DNA of 64,000 nt from Tubiluchus corallicola (taxonomy: Eukaryota > Animalia > Priapulida): positions 806,001-870,000 of the forward strand of contig JAQGDQ010000047.1 in NCBI GenBank assembly GCA_030141605.1. Direction: 5' to 3'. The notes beneath the pieces were generated by a model. That model did no database searches, was not told where the DNA came from, and saw only the letters and a list, made by a program, of their open reading frames with translations. Each line of letters starts with the position of its first letter. Within the stretch, counting starts at the first letter, position 1. Of the stretch, positions 11,701 to 24,330 are shown in pieces. The translations under genes and the position numbers were made by a program.

Positions 11701-14700
11701 TATCGTCGATATCCGCTGCTTGTACTTTTACAATATTTTAGCGACTGTGCGTTCTAATTTTTTTAATAAAATTGTGAGAACTACTATTGCACTCGGAAAG
11801 TCACTTTTGAAAAATGACGAGAACTTGGTCGTTGCGTAGGCGTAAAGATTCTGACATTTCATTGGCCAACCCTTGCAGTCATCCCACGCACCAGATGGCT
11901 TTAATCAAATCACAAATTCGATTGACGCGTCCGCGACTTCAGCTGAACAATACTATGTTCTTGAACACGTTCAGTCCTATAATACGAGCAAGAAAGTAAT
12001 CAGAAATAGTTCTTGCTGAAAACAACATCAGAATTTCAGAAAATGGCACATTTCTTCCATTCCATTTAATTTTTGACAGCTAGAAACATTTTTCTTGTGC
12101 ACTACTTTTATGATTTAAAAGTGTCAATTCGTGGTAGGCGTACAATTTCTTGCATTTTTTTGTTTTCTTGTCTAGTTAATTATTATTATCTATCTAGAAG
12201 AAATTTGTGGCGGATAATTCTACCGGAACCTCATAGAACAGATAACCCGATAATACCTTGAGATGAAACACTAATCCTTTAACGGTGTCTTGGCGTCGTT
12301 CTGACGCTTACAAATCCTTCAAAAAGATATGCAGCCAAGGAAAGGTTTCCGGCGGTCGCCTATCCATCTATTGGCCAGTCTCGGCGTTGTTTAACTTTGG
12401 TCACTAAGAACTCATATTGACCACCAGCAAATTTCTTATTGCGTCACCTTTAAATATACATTCTTTGTTCCTTCAAAATTGTAGCAGATTTTGGGATATT
12501 CTTCTAAACAAAAGCTGTTCGACCATATTTGAAATAATTTTTCACTATCATTCGTGTGATTAAATTCATTCACTTGTTTTTTCAAGATGTCAATTAAATT
12601 ACGAGACCTAAAGTCGTGTTAGATTATATATGTATCTGTTTAACTTTTGATACCAGATTTGCTTTTTTACAAACTACGATAATATTATTATCTTTTACCT
12701 AAGCTTAGACGTGTACTGATAGTTGCATTATTGAGGTATTTGACTGTTCATAAAATATGCTAACATATCGACGACCAACTTTTCTTATTCTTCTTTGGTG
12801 TCGCGGCATGCAAACTTGGTCTTTATGCAGAATTAGAATTGCGCATACAAATCTGTTAGACCATTTACTCTATAGATTGGCTTCAGCAACACTTATCGTA
12901 ATTACTGTTTGCTTTGGCTGAGACTGTCACTCTCTGCGTGCTAAATTAAAGACGATTTTAATACTGCAAGAGGCTGTGTCAGAAATCAGAGTTTATGTTG
13001 AACAAGAGTTAAAATGGGACGTTTGTCACGCGCTTGTTATAGTCAAGATGTCTAGAGATGACCTGTCAGTAAGGTCTTATGACTTGAGTAGAAGAAACTG
13101 AAAAAAATAGTTGAAAACCGACAGCGGCAAAAGGAAGAGTTTTTAATTTTGGGCAAAGAATACATATTTTTTATAATGCCGTTATGCGCAGCTGTCAAGG
13201 CTATGAAAGGGGTACTATTCCTAATAGTTGCTAATAGGATAGCTTCATGAATCATTTCTTAAAAGACTTTCGTTGGTTTTTTATTTCTGCCAATAGGAAA
13301 TCGAAAAAATGAAAAACGATTAGATAAGAAATATTATAGTGAATAAAGTATTAAAAATATGTCTGTATGTACATGTGATAACTTTTACGCAAAGCGGGAT
13401 TGTCATTTTCTTGCGCCGTGTATATATACATCATCAAGTTATAAAGGAGAATAAACAGAAACAAATGAAAATGAATATGATTCATTGTGCTCATTATATA
13501 TTTTGTAAATAATGACAAATATAACGGTTACAGGGTGTCTACATCTTTCTGCACCTCCCCCACTCTAATTTATAGGTAATTGTAGGTCAGGTACACATAA
13601 ATTACGTCCAAATTACGACAACACGCAATCGCACTTTTTAAATTACAGCGAGAAAATCTGTGCTTACGGTACTAAGGTTTGTACGTTTCGTCCATTTATC
13701 TGTACTGCATTTGATTTTAATTTTTTATGTTGTATTGACCTCGAATCTGAAATGAAGATGTAAAAACTCTAATCAACAAGATGTTCTAGGTGCATACTTT
13801 ATTAAAAAATAGGTTTTGCTAAATTTAATCATTTCGCGTTTGTCTGAAAACGAAAATTAAGAAAATGTCGGAAACGCACAAAACCACAGCGGCCGATTTC
13901 AAAAGCGTCAACAATGGAGTTTTTCACGACTTAAAAAAGCAATATCTCACATGTAGTTTGCGCACAAGTAGGCACTTGCATCACTATACTGTTTTTTAAT
14001 TCAACAAGCTATGAATTTATGAAACGTGCACTAAAAGTGAAAACAGTGTTTAAAGTGAGGTGCGCAAGGCAGAAGTTGATAATTTATTAACAAGATGGAA
14101 ACGTGCGTACAGGCGCGTTTATTATAATATTATTATATTAATTAATATTATACTTACAGGAACGATGCTCGATGCTCGTTTCGGCTAATAAGTAACGTAA
14201 ATATTGAATATTGACTCAGAAAGTCTCATCAGTCGTCTGTCCTATTTTGAATCCTTCTTAAGAACTAAAAAGTATTTTTTAAAACAAAACTCATTTGTGG
14301 TCATTACAGTCAGTACTGCCACTCTGGTTAAGCAAAAAAGAGAGTTTTACGTGATTTTATGAAGCGTTAAAACCACACCGGTGCACACCAAAAAACGCCA
14401 TTCGTTCATCAATTATTAGTCCTACTGACAAGGTTAAGTAAATTTATACTTTTGCTTAGTTAGTGAAGTAATTATTTTTACGAATCCAAACTTGTTTCAA
14501 ACGACCTACCGTTAAAATGGCTGGCAGTCATCGTATTGTTACAGCATTGTTGCTAACAAGCTCAGTGCGCAATGAGACAACATGTAGGTGTTACAAAATT
14601 TAAAGACGATTTTTAGCTGTATGTAAAGGTTCTATTTTCTTATCCTTTAACAACATCCAAATGTGTTACAGAAACAGCATACCAATGCACAAGACCTAAG

Positions 14701-16349
14701 CTAGACATGCCATTCCATTTATTTATGGTTTGTGATAGACTCAGTGCCTAACAAAATTTTCTTGGTTTATGGATGAAGGCAATTTAATTTGCCTTGTATA
14801 AGAAACCGTTTACGCTAACACAAATGTGAAAGTGCAAAAGAGAATTTGTTGAAACTTGATTATAATAGATTTCCTTTCCCATTTTTCAGGACGCAGAGCG
14901 TTAAAATGGAGCAAATTTCGTTTCGGTGAAAGCGAGGGTGTAGTTTTATTGTTGTGGGACATGTCCAATTTATTTATTCGATTTTATGGAAGTTTACATT
15001 TAAGTGGCTTACTTTATTTCCTGCATTTCATTTGGGGGATATTCATCCTTTCAATCGTAAGAAAAACTTATAGGCGCATTGAAACCAAATCGCCTCAATT
15101 TAATTTAGCCTTTGTAAGTCTTCTACTAATTGGATTTAATTTGTACGGAACTCAGGAAGTGTGTACTTTTCTTACTCGCTTCTTCACGGCATTAAGTCAT
15201 TCCATTACGCTGGCATTCTAGTAAACTATGGAAAAATCCTCCAAATTTATTTTGTTGAGTCGGTTTTCGTCCATTCTACATGCTGTCTTGGGTTAGGGAA
15301 TATTTTTTACAGACAACACTAGACAACAATGACGTGTGGGCAGATAACGTATTGCTGAAGTTATCAAATGAAAATAAACCCAGGCTCAGTACACATTAAG
15401 ATAAAGCCATAGCAAAAGAATTAGAAAAAGTATAAACATTTTGAAAATCTATCGGATTAATAAAGGCAAAATTTGTAACAAATTAGTTGTCCTTCATATC
15501 GATGAAAGCTTAGAGACTTTCGCTTTCCCAGAGCCTTCAGCGTAGCAAGTAATTATCCAGTGGTGACGTCGTTCATGTGGTAAATCTGATTAGTAGCTGA
15601 CAACGATAAACAGTGGTGATGAATACCTGAATAACGCCCATACTACCGTTTCTCGTTTGGCTGTAAAAGCAACAAAATATAGATAGAATGTAAATATGAA
15701 AAAATTACATTTTCTGCTGTTGATAGTAATTATTAGTAGCCATTATGAAATCCAAATAGAACTTAATGAAAGCGCTTTTATCATTTTGTAGTTTGCATAA
15801 CGTCTTGGGCTTATAATGTTTCTTAAATAGCTGAATATTATTCTTTAAATAAAATTTCTTATTATTAATTGTTACTTATTGACAAAATTATGCGCTGCTT
15901 CAGTTTTATTGCATGCCACAAAGGTACCTGTAGCAGTATCAAAGTAGGGCCCATTATTGGGGCTTCGAAGACCCGAAGTTGTGAGGAATGTTTTAATAGA
16001 AGAAAGGTCGTCGCAAATATAACCTAGACTAGGAAATACGTAGCATATAATATGCAAATGAAATAATGATCATTTCAGGATACTGAATTAGCTTTTAGAC
16101 TGGGTTAACATAAACTGCATAAGACATGGAAGTTATGGCTTTATATGGAGCCAGTTATCTTGTAAAAACAAATATAATTAGTGATGGACATAAAGAGGTA
16201 TGAGGAGTAATTACAAGTGTTCTACGATAGCAGTAAATATAACTGAATTGTGTTTTGCCGTGGGAATTAGTTAGAATGTAATTCGAAGGGCTACAAGCGG
16301 CAAAATTTTGCGTTGATATTCTGATTACGCGCAGTTTCCAGATTTAAAC

Positions 16350-16782
16350 TACTCAACCAACTATTCAGTTTCAATCAACTATTCAGCTATTTAACAAACA
16401 AACAAAAAGGCAGATAAACAATCAACCAGTTAACTCGCTAACCAGCCATCAAACCAACCAATCAAAAGTCAACCAACTAACCAATAAAAAATTAATCAGT
16501 TAACCAACCAATTAGTAGCCAGTCAGCCAACCAACCACTCAGCAAACCAACAAACTACCAACCAACCAACCAATCAACCAACCAACTAACCGAACAAACA
16601 AGCAAACAAACATACAAACAAACATACAAACAAGCAAAACAAATTAAGAAACAAAGAAAGGAAGAAGGAATGAAAGAAACAAACAAAGAGGAAAAGAAAC
16701 AGAAACGGACGAACAGACAGACAGGCAATCAGGCAGGCAAACAAACATACAAAACAAACAAACAAACAAACAAACAACAGAC
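16350..16782. repeat. Degenerate (AACC)n/(AAAC)n tract
   Basis: Directly visible; explains ORF 16586..16777. Confidence 0.9.
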
Positions 16783-19700
16783 TACAAATGTGATGTGTAA
16801 AGCCAATCTGCAGCTTTGCAAGGTTCTATGGCCATGACGCGCAGACTGAAAACCTCTAAATTTTGTATCTTTATGAGAATCTTGACAACGGATTTTCGAC
16901 GTCGTGAAAGAGTTAAATCCCTTGAGAATATTGAGAATTGATTTTATATCACAGTCTAGACTCCCCAGACTCCCATCACTGTGATGGAATTCTCCAAATG
17001 GTAAAAAGCAGAGAGCGATACATGCTGCGGAAATACCATTTTGTGGTGCTCGAGAAATCTCTCTTAAAAAGTTCTGATGAGCTGTAGCCTGTCCAACAAA
17101 TTTCTATATCCGTTATATATGCCAAGTTCTATATATGTAAATTTGCTGAGTAATTCCGATAGATGGTACTATGTGGTAAGTTGTACAAATAAGACGGGAA
17201 CTGCTGCATTTCCTTTCTCAAAGTTGTGGTGACATACACTAAAAATAAGCGCTTCAAAATTTAATCATAGTCTCCACTTCACGATTGCGAATTAAGGCTG
17301 ATCGTAACTATTGCATGGTATCACCAGAACAAAGGAGCTACGAGCAAAAAACTTACAAGCGCAATATTTGTTTACAAACTAAAAATTTATTTGAAGTCAA
17401 ATAATTTTTAGGTTAAAAAACTTTAACTCCATAGAACCATTTTGAACGATGCAAGCGTAAATGTATTCCAAAACACGTCAAAACTAACTTAACAAGATTT
17501 CACATTAGTGTTCATAAATTAGCAATTGAAATCGGTAGATATTATAAGCCGAAATAAATACCCGTAGAACAACAAGTATGTAAAAATTGTTGCTTCAACA
17601 AAGCAGAGAACGAATTGCTGGTAATTACTGAATGCCCACTGTGCGCTCATATAGGAGGTGAATGCTTTTGTATTGTTTCTGATTTTTGTCCTAACTTTCA
17701 TTATATGTCTCCCAATGAGAAGTTTGTGTTTTTAAATGCGTCATAAGATGTAGAAGTTATTAAAATTAATGCTAAATTGGTCCACAAAATATCTGAACAT
17801 AAGTCCGACTGAGACAATTTAATGCAAGCCTGAATGACTGACTAACTGTAATAATATTAAGTTTACGATATGTATGTATGTTGCTGTGTTATATGTGTTT
17901 TTTCGTGTTTACTCCATTATACCACTTACATGTAGTTTCTTTGTTTCGATGTAGAATGCTTCTTTTAAGTCTAGTTTTTCTTTGTTTCTTGTAATTTGCT
18001 TTGCTTAATGGTTCAATAAATAAATATTAAATGAAAAATAGTCATAGCGTGCTCGGAACTATAACGGAAATTAAAATACAACACACATTGCGAATATTTA
18101 TATCACTGCTTTGAAGACATCTGCGTTGCCTTCATGAATAACTGCACTCTATTTCCGTGTGTTAAAATTTATGTACCAATTTTCGGCAAAATTCATTTCT
18201 TTATCGATCAAAGCTCTATGTCCCGTTTCGTAATTACCTTAAATGTCACTTACAGGTATAGGCGACAGGTGGTGTAGACGGCCTTGAATGCAAAGTATAC
18301 AAAGTACTACAAGCAGTTTGTATGTTTATTTCTTGTTTACGAGAATAAACGCCAATATTAATAGAAAAACTTAATTTGCATAGAATGTTTACATATAACC
18401 TATAACATATAATAGTGTAGGCCTGTCGGGCCATTAAGTGCCATTTTCTGCAGCTGGATACTATAAAGTAAAGGTGCAGATAAAATTACTAAACTGCAGG
18501 TGTAATTTAAAATTAAAAAGCGCGTGTGCGTATGATTATTTCTGCGCATATCATAATTTTGGCTCCTTCGCTAAACTACGTGGTCTTATTAAGTACCTCC
18601 GGCGTATTTATCTTTTATTTGTGCCTTTTTATTTCTTTAATATAAATAGATTGCAAACGCACTGGGTTAGGGACATGAAACTCAGAGGGCATACTCCCTA
18701 GCTGAGGGATTTATGTGGTACATAACACGTCAATTCCGGGTCAAATGTCATGGAGAGGGCGGGTTTTCCTTTGTAGTTAGGCTGGATCTCCTGCTACAGT
18801 TTTCGAGTTAGGACCTCAGTTTTGCTGCGTGCATGACTAGTTCGTTTTGTATAGCTAGTTTAAAGGCGGCGATATAGAACTAAGTCTTTACATACTTTAA
18901 TTTACTTCAACGTTATAATCTATCTCATTTCGCAACAATCATATGCCGCAGTATTGAATTCTGTCATATGTTAAATGTATTATGGCACAGAATTATACAT
19001 TTCACTGAGTTTCCTCATTGCCTTCTGGATCAGCCACTGAACATCAATTCAATCTGTTATTTCGCCTGACAATCAAAATTTGACTGCTGTCAAGACGGGC
19101 TGGACTGCAATATTTTATAGATTATATTGGAAATTATTTGTATGGCACTATTTTAGCCAGCAAATAAAGTGTATAACTCTTACTGTACTGTGTGTTGCAA
19201 GTATAGATGCAACGTCATCGACGATCAGATTGAATTTATGAAAAAGAAAAACTATTCTGTATAAGCATCGTCTTTTTCGATATGTTACGAAGTGCGGGAT
19301 CTCTAAAGATGATGGTGTTGGTGTTGTGTTCTCACAATTAGTTTTCAAAATTTCATCGTATGGCGCTGAGATTTTGCGTGAAGATGGGCAAATAACCCGA
19401 TTTTAACTTTCCTGAAATATGGATCACGCCCATTAAATGGACCTGCCCTATACATTGCTACATTGTTGGGTTTCTACAGCCTGGGATTCTTTCATCCTAA
19501 TATATAAATGGATCTACCCAACCACTGCACATTCAAATTTCTATGAAAAACAGATTCTATGACAGTTTCCCGCGATTTTCTCGCTTGCGAGTAACTCCAT
19601 AGAGCCGTTCGTTTCGCACTGTTTTTCTTGCTTTCGATTTCATCTTCGTTCTCGTTCGTATAATAGAAAGCTTTGTCATTTACTCATTGTGAGGTAAACA

Positions 19701-19897
19701 AGGAGTACAAAATTTTCATCAAAAGTTGAATTCCATGACACTGTAAACGCATATCTATAATCTATTAACACCTTGCTTATCTTCGTTTCAGCCGAGTTTT
19801 TTTTATATCATCTTGGTATCATACCTTGGAGCGTGGCCACTAGGCATTAGTTCTTCGAAAAATTTATTTCCACGTAAGATACGACCGATTTTTCGGT

Positions 19898-20140
19898 AAC
19901 CAGTAGTAATACATTACCGGGAAAAAAGTGACGGAAGAAGTCACAATTTTGGCTAAGAAAAAATCACGGGAAAAAAGTTGCAATTAATTTTGCCGATGCT
20001 TGGGGTTAGGCTTACAGTAAAGACTAGGGTTATTGATACTTCTTATATCCCGTGCTTTTTTTCCTAAGAGTTTTTGCTACGACTTTTTCTATGACTTTTT
20101 TCCTGTGACTTTGTGACCTGTGACTTTTTTACATGGATTC
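19898..20140. mobile_element. Foldback-type MITE with tandem sub-repeat arms
   Basis: The left arm is made of GGAAAAAAGTCAC-like units and the right arm of the inverted GTGACTTTTTTCC-like units. The centre contains GGGGTTAGG/TAGGGTTA. Confidence 0.65.
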
Positions 20141-20299
20141 AAATTTTCTACATATTGGTAAGTATTGTTTCAATAGGACAATTTTTTGAGCAGATGATGT
20201 CGACAATGGCGCAACATTGCGTTTTAATTACACGCAGATGCTTTTAATAATTTAATAATCAGCTTCACAGAGCAAAGCTGAACAGGTAATAACCAAAAC

Positions 20300-20430
20300 G
20301 AGAGAGGAGAAAAAAGGAGTGAGAAAAACAGTGAGTGAGAGAAAGAGAGACGAAAGAGAGAGGCAGAGGTGAAAGAGAAAAGGATGAAGGTAGGCAGGCA
20401 AGACTGAGAGAGCGAGAGAGAAAAGAGAGG

Positions 20431-20497
<67 letters not shown>

Positions 20498-20620
20498 AGA
20501 AGGAAGAGGAAGGCAGAGGGGAGTGAGGTTTGGAGAGAAAAAGAAAGAAAGAGAGGGAGGAGGGAGGCACGCAGAGAGAAGAGAGAGGAGGAAGTCAGAG
20601 GGAAATAGAGAAAGGAAGAG
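20300..20620. repeat. (GA)n purine tract, left flank of a LINE
   Basis: Directly visible, with a pure core at about 20434-20491. Confidence 0.95.
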
Positions 20621-21705
20621 ATGATAATGACGATAAATCTTTATTTGCACATTTATAATTATGTCCTTAATACAAGTACCACAAACTTGGTTTTAACATT
20701 TTAGCAATTATTTATAACAATTAAGGACCATAGTAACAGAATTCATTCACTGGGATTATCTAGATTACACTATTAGGAAAGTATTAAAAGTGACAAACTT
20801 TTCTCTATGTACGCTTTACTTACAAATATATAAGAACAAGGGCTTTTGCTAAAATTTACCTTAAAACCAGGGTAAATTTTGCATGGGTTAAACATATATG
20901 TAAATAAATATATATACATATCTGTGCGTGAGCTAAAATTTATATTGTATTAGGCATTTAATCTTTTTACATCATTTTACAAATTGATAAGATAAAACCG
21001 TCTCTCGCAAAATCAACTAGAGCTTTATTGTTGTCTATTTTTTTAAATACACTGGTTATGTTTTCCCCCTGCAGGGTTTCTGCTAGGTGTTTTATTCGGT
21101 TAACGTCTACTTTGTTGCATCTGTATATTAGGTGTTCAGCTGTTTGAATTTCGGTGCCGCATTCACATGTACTATTATTCGTTAGTCCTAAACCGTATAA
21201 AAATTACTCGAAATTTCCCTGTCCAGCTGAAAGACTTATGGATGCGGATTCGATGTTCCGTTCTTTTTTGTTGAGTGGTAAATTAAGAGGCTCGATGTTG
21301 TTTTTTCAAGTCTTAAAACATTTCCTTCTATTACCCTAAGTTTCGATTCTCCTTGACCATATAGATGATAGGTATGAACGCATGTGTTTTTTTGAGTAAA
21401 GCTGCATGAATTTTGGTACGTCGTTTAAAGCCACTGTTTTCGTATTTACTTTACAGGTGATTTTTAAATAATGCTTCAGTTGGGTTATATGAGACTTCAG
21501 GAAGTGTCTGCGTCCCCGCCCCAGACCACCACCATCTGCTCGTAAGACATTCGCTCTCATTAAATCACTATTGCAACGGTTCGGGGTTTTCATGAGGAAT
21601 TTTACAGCAATACACCCTGCAATCATATCTAAGGGTGGTAATCTGCAAATTATTTCCAATTTATGTCTTAAATGCTTGGATTTTGATCCGCTCGCAACCT
21701 TCATT
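20621..21705 (-). mobile_element. 5'-truncated non-LTR retrotransposon (I/R1/LOA-group-like) with C-terminal CCHC knuckle and 3' UTR
   Basis: The minus strand reads KLEIICRLPPLD (post-RT LE...LPPL motif). After a frameshift it reads AGQGNFE*FLYGLGLTNNSTCECGTEIQTAEHLIYRC (C-x-C-x8-H-x4-C, about 21167-21117). AATAAA lies at 20645-20640, followed by a short TCA/TTA tail. Confidence 0.85.
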
Positions 21706-21889
<184 letters not shown>

Positions 21890-23819
21890 GGACAGTGAAA
21901 CCTGCACTTTGACTGAAATGAGCCTTTGAGCGGGCAGCGAGGGTGTTCTAAACGACACACTGGCAGTTGGGCAGAAAAAACTACATAAGCAAGTAACCCT
22001 GTAATGCACATTCTAGACTAACTTTATGGAAATGATTAACTTTACAAGAATAAACAAATAAGACCTAATCCAAGTACATTAATTCTTCTCCTCAAACTTT
22101 GTCTAACGCTCGTTCTGGCTTGCTGCAGTTGAAAGCTAGCATGAATTATAAAGCGACTGGAAGTGAATTATCATAGCCACTGAACCGACAAATTGAGAAG
22201 TGACATTTTTATTTAATTACGGTGTTCTGCTTTTGCTTAACACTACTGTCAATAGCTGCCTATCTAATCCATCTAATGTATTTTGAAATCGCAGTTATGC
22301 AAACTTAAGAACAGTCAAAATTTCAGCACTTATTTTCGATGAACAGCAAAACGTCTAAATAACTGTCGCCAGTAGGAGAACTTAATCCAACTAAATTTAG
22401 TTATTTCCAGTACATAAAGAATGCAAATTTAGAAGCGATAATACCGTTGCAGCACAGTAGCCTTTGCTTCAAACCTAATCAAATGTGACTGGTTACTCGC
22501 TCGTTAGCTGATCTACATAGCTTCTCGTGACGCGTAACAGCTTCGTCTGCATTTAACTGCTGTTTTAGTCACTAATGTAATTAGCAAGCTAATTACCTGA
22601 CGCCTAGAAGCACACTGATACTGCTGTTATTGTTCGTTGTTTGTACCCACAGACGTCGCTGCTGATGTTTGGCGCCACATTATTCTCGAGAAGTTTCAAC
22701 TGAATTTATCTAGTAAGCCATTAAGTGGCTGGAAGAAGCCATTATGTTCTTAATGCAGTAACGCAATCAACTACAGCCAGATGGTGAAGTGATTTCGAAT
22801 CAGCGTGCTGTTGCAGTATTAGGACGTTATTGTTCGGTGCGATTCCGAATTCCCGGCAAATGCGGGTGGGCAGCTTGACATTGATGTCCCAAAAGAGAAA
22901 GGGGCAAAGGCTATACGCCCTTGCGGTGGTATAACGTGAAGCTATAGGTAGGGGTAATAGCCCTAGAGGTGGGAAAACTGATACATGCTCTGATGGATGT
23001 TCGCCAACATCGTTTTGATGGTAATGGTTCAATTCTAGTACTGAACAACGACCCTTTTGCTGTTTTAGTGGTCATAAAGTTTGCCAAAATGAAGTATTAG
23101 GCAAACGATGCGAGTACAGAGAAATTCGATGAAAGCACGGGCTTAATAAAAGCGGGACAGAATTAGGCCTTGTAGTGAAGCAACAACTGCCAAATATAGT
23201 AAGGTGCTTTGCTTTTTTGCCTACACTTTCGAAAAGCAATGTAAGGAATGAAATAAAATAAAGAATCCAAAGATGACAAGCTGAAACAAAAAGTTGTATT
23301 TGAGATCTACTGCATTAGAAAATGACTAAGATCATAATTAAGTTATGCTGCCGTATAAGTCATGCAATACATGTCCACATGGACATTTGGACACATAAGT
23401 TAGTTTTAACAAAATGTGTACTCATGAGAATGATGTTCATAAAACATATTTATAGGAAAATTTAAAATTTACGAAGATTATTAGTAGAAGTTTACAAACT
23501 AGAATTTTGGTTGAACAGTAGATAATATTATTGTCAGAATTAATCAACTGTGTTTTAAGCGAATAACAACATTTTCGTAAATGTAACATCAAAATAATGA
23601 ATATTTCGATCTTCACACATTTATCGAGCACTGTAATCAAATAGTAACTTAAACAGTTTCCTAATACATTATTGTATGTAACCTTCAGTTACTTACATGA
23701 ATATGTAAAGTAATCGCGTCAGAGCGACGCTTCGTGTACACAAGTACAGTATGCTTTAAACAACCGAACTTATTTCATCATTATATTAGTCGTGTTTTGT
23801 CACTTTGCTTTTTTCTGTT

Positions 23820-24330
23820 TCTGTTCTGAGTTGTCTGAACAATTACCTAAATTTGTTACAGAAACCTGTTGCTTTGACAAAATCTCAATAAATAACTTAC
23901 TTCATGCTGATGATCTAATTGTGGCTGCCACAGTTAATGCCTTAAAAAACTTATTGATCATTGTATTAAATACGAGTGTGTGACAGAGTGTGAAGTATAT
24001 TATGACATTATTTTTAATCGTGAGAAAACCAAATGCATTCATTTTATGCCATCTAACTTTTCTAATATCACACCTTTGGAAGTATACATGTTTGGGTACA
24101 AAATTTCTGTCAGTAAACGAGGAAAATTTCAGGACAAATATTGTCTAGTGATTATTCGGATATTTTTGACGTTAGCAATTAGCTAAGGTTACCTTATACA
24201 AAAACAAATTATTTAATGAGAACGTTATTTAATTACTCAAATGCTGTAAAGCAAAGTCTGTTTCGTTCTTACTGTACAACTTTTTATGGAGTGCCTCTCG
24301 CATACTTATCAGGATACCTTTTGCAAACTA
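23820..24330 (+). mobile_element. Decayed LINE reverse transcriptase fragment (RTE-X-like)
   Basis: INNLLHADDLIVAATVNALKNLL (YADD catalytic box), DIIFNREKTKCIHF and TNYLMRTLFNYSNAVKQSLFRSYCTTFYG occur in order across frameshifts. Confidence 0.85.

Noticed and set aside
14195-14237. Hammerhead-like CTGATGA plus GACT/AGTC stem on the minus strand
   Set aside because: The essential GAAA is replaced by AATA and stem I is weak.
14866-14904. Strong acceptor TTTCCTTTCCCATTTTTCAG in intron 1
   Set aside because: In phase with exon 1 it reads DAER* and has no other support; probably cryptic.
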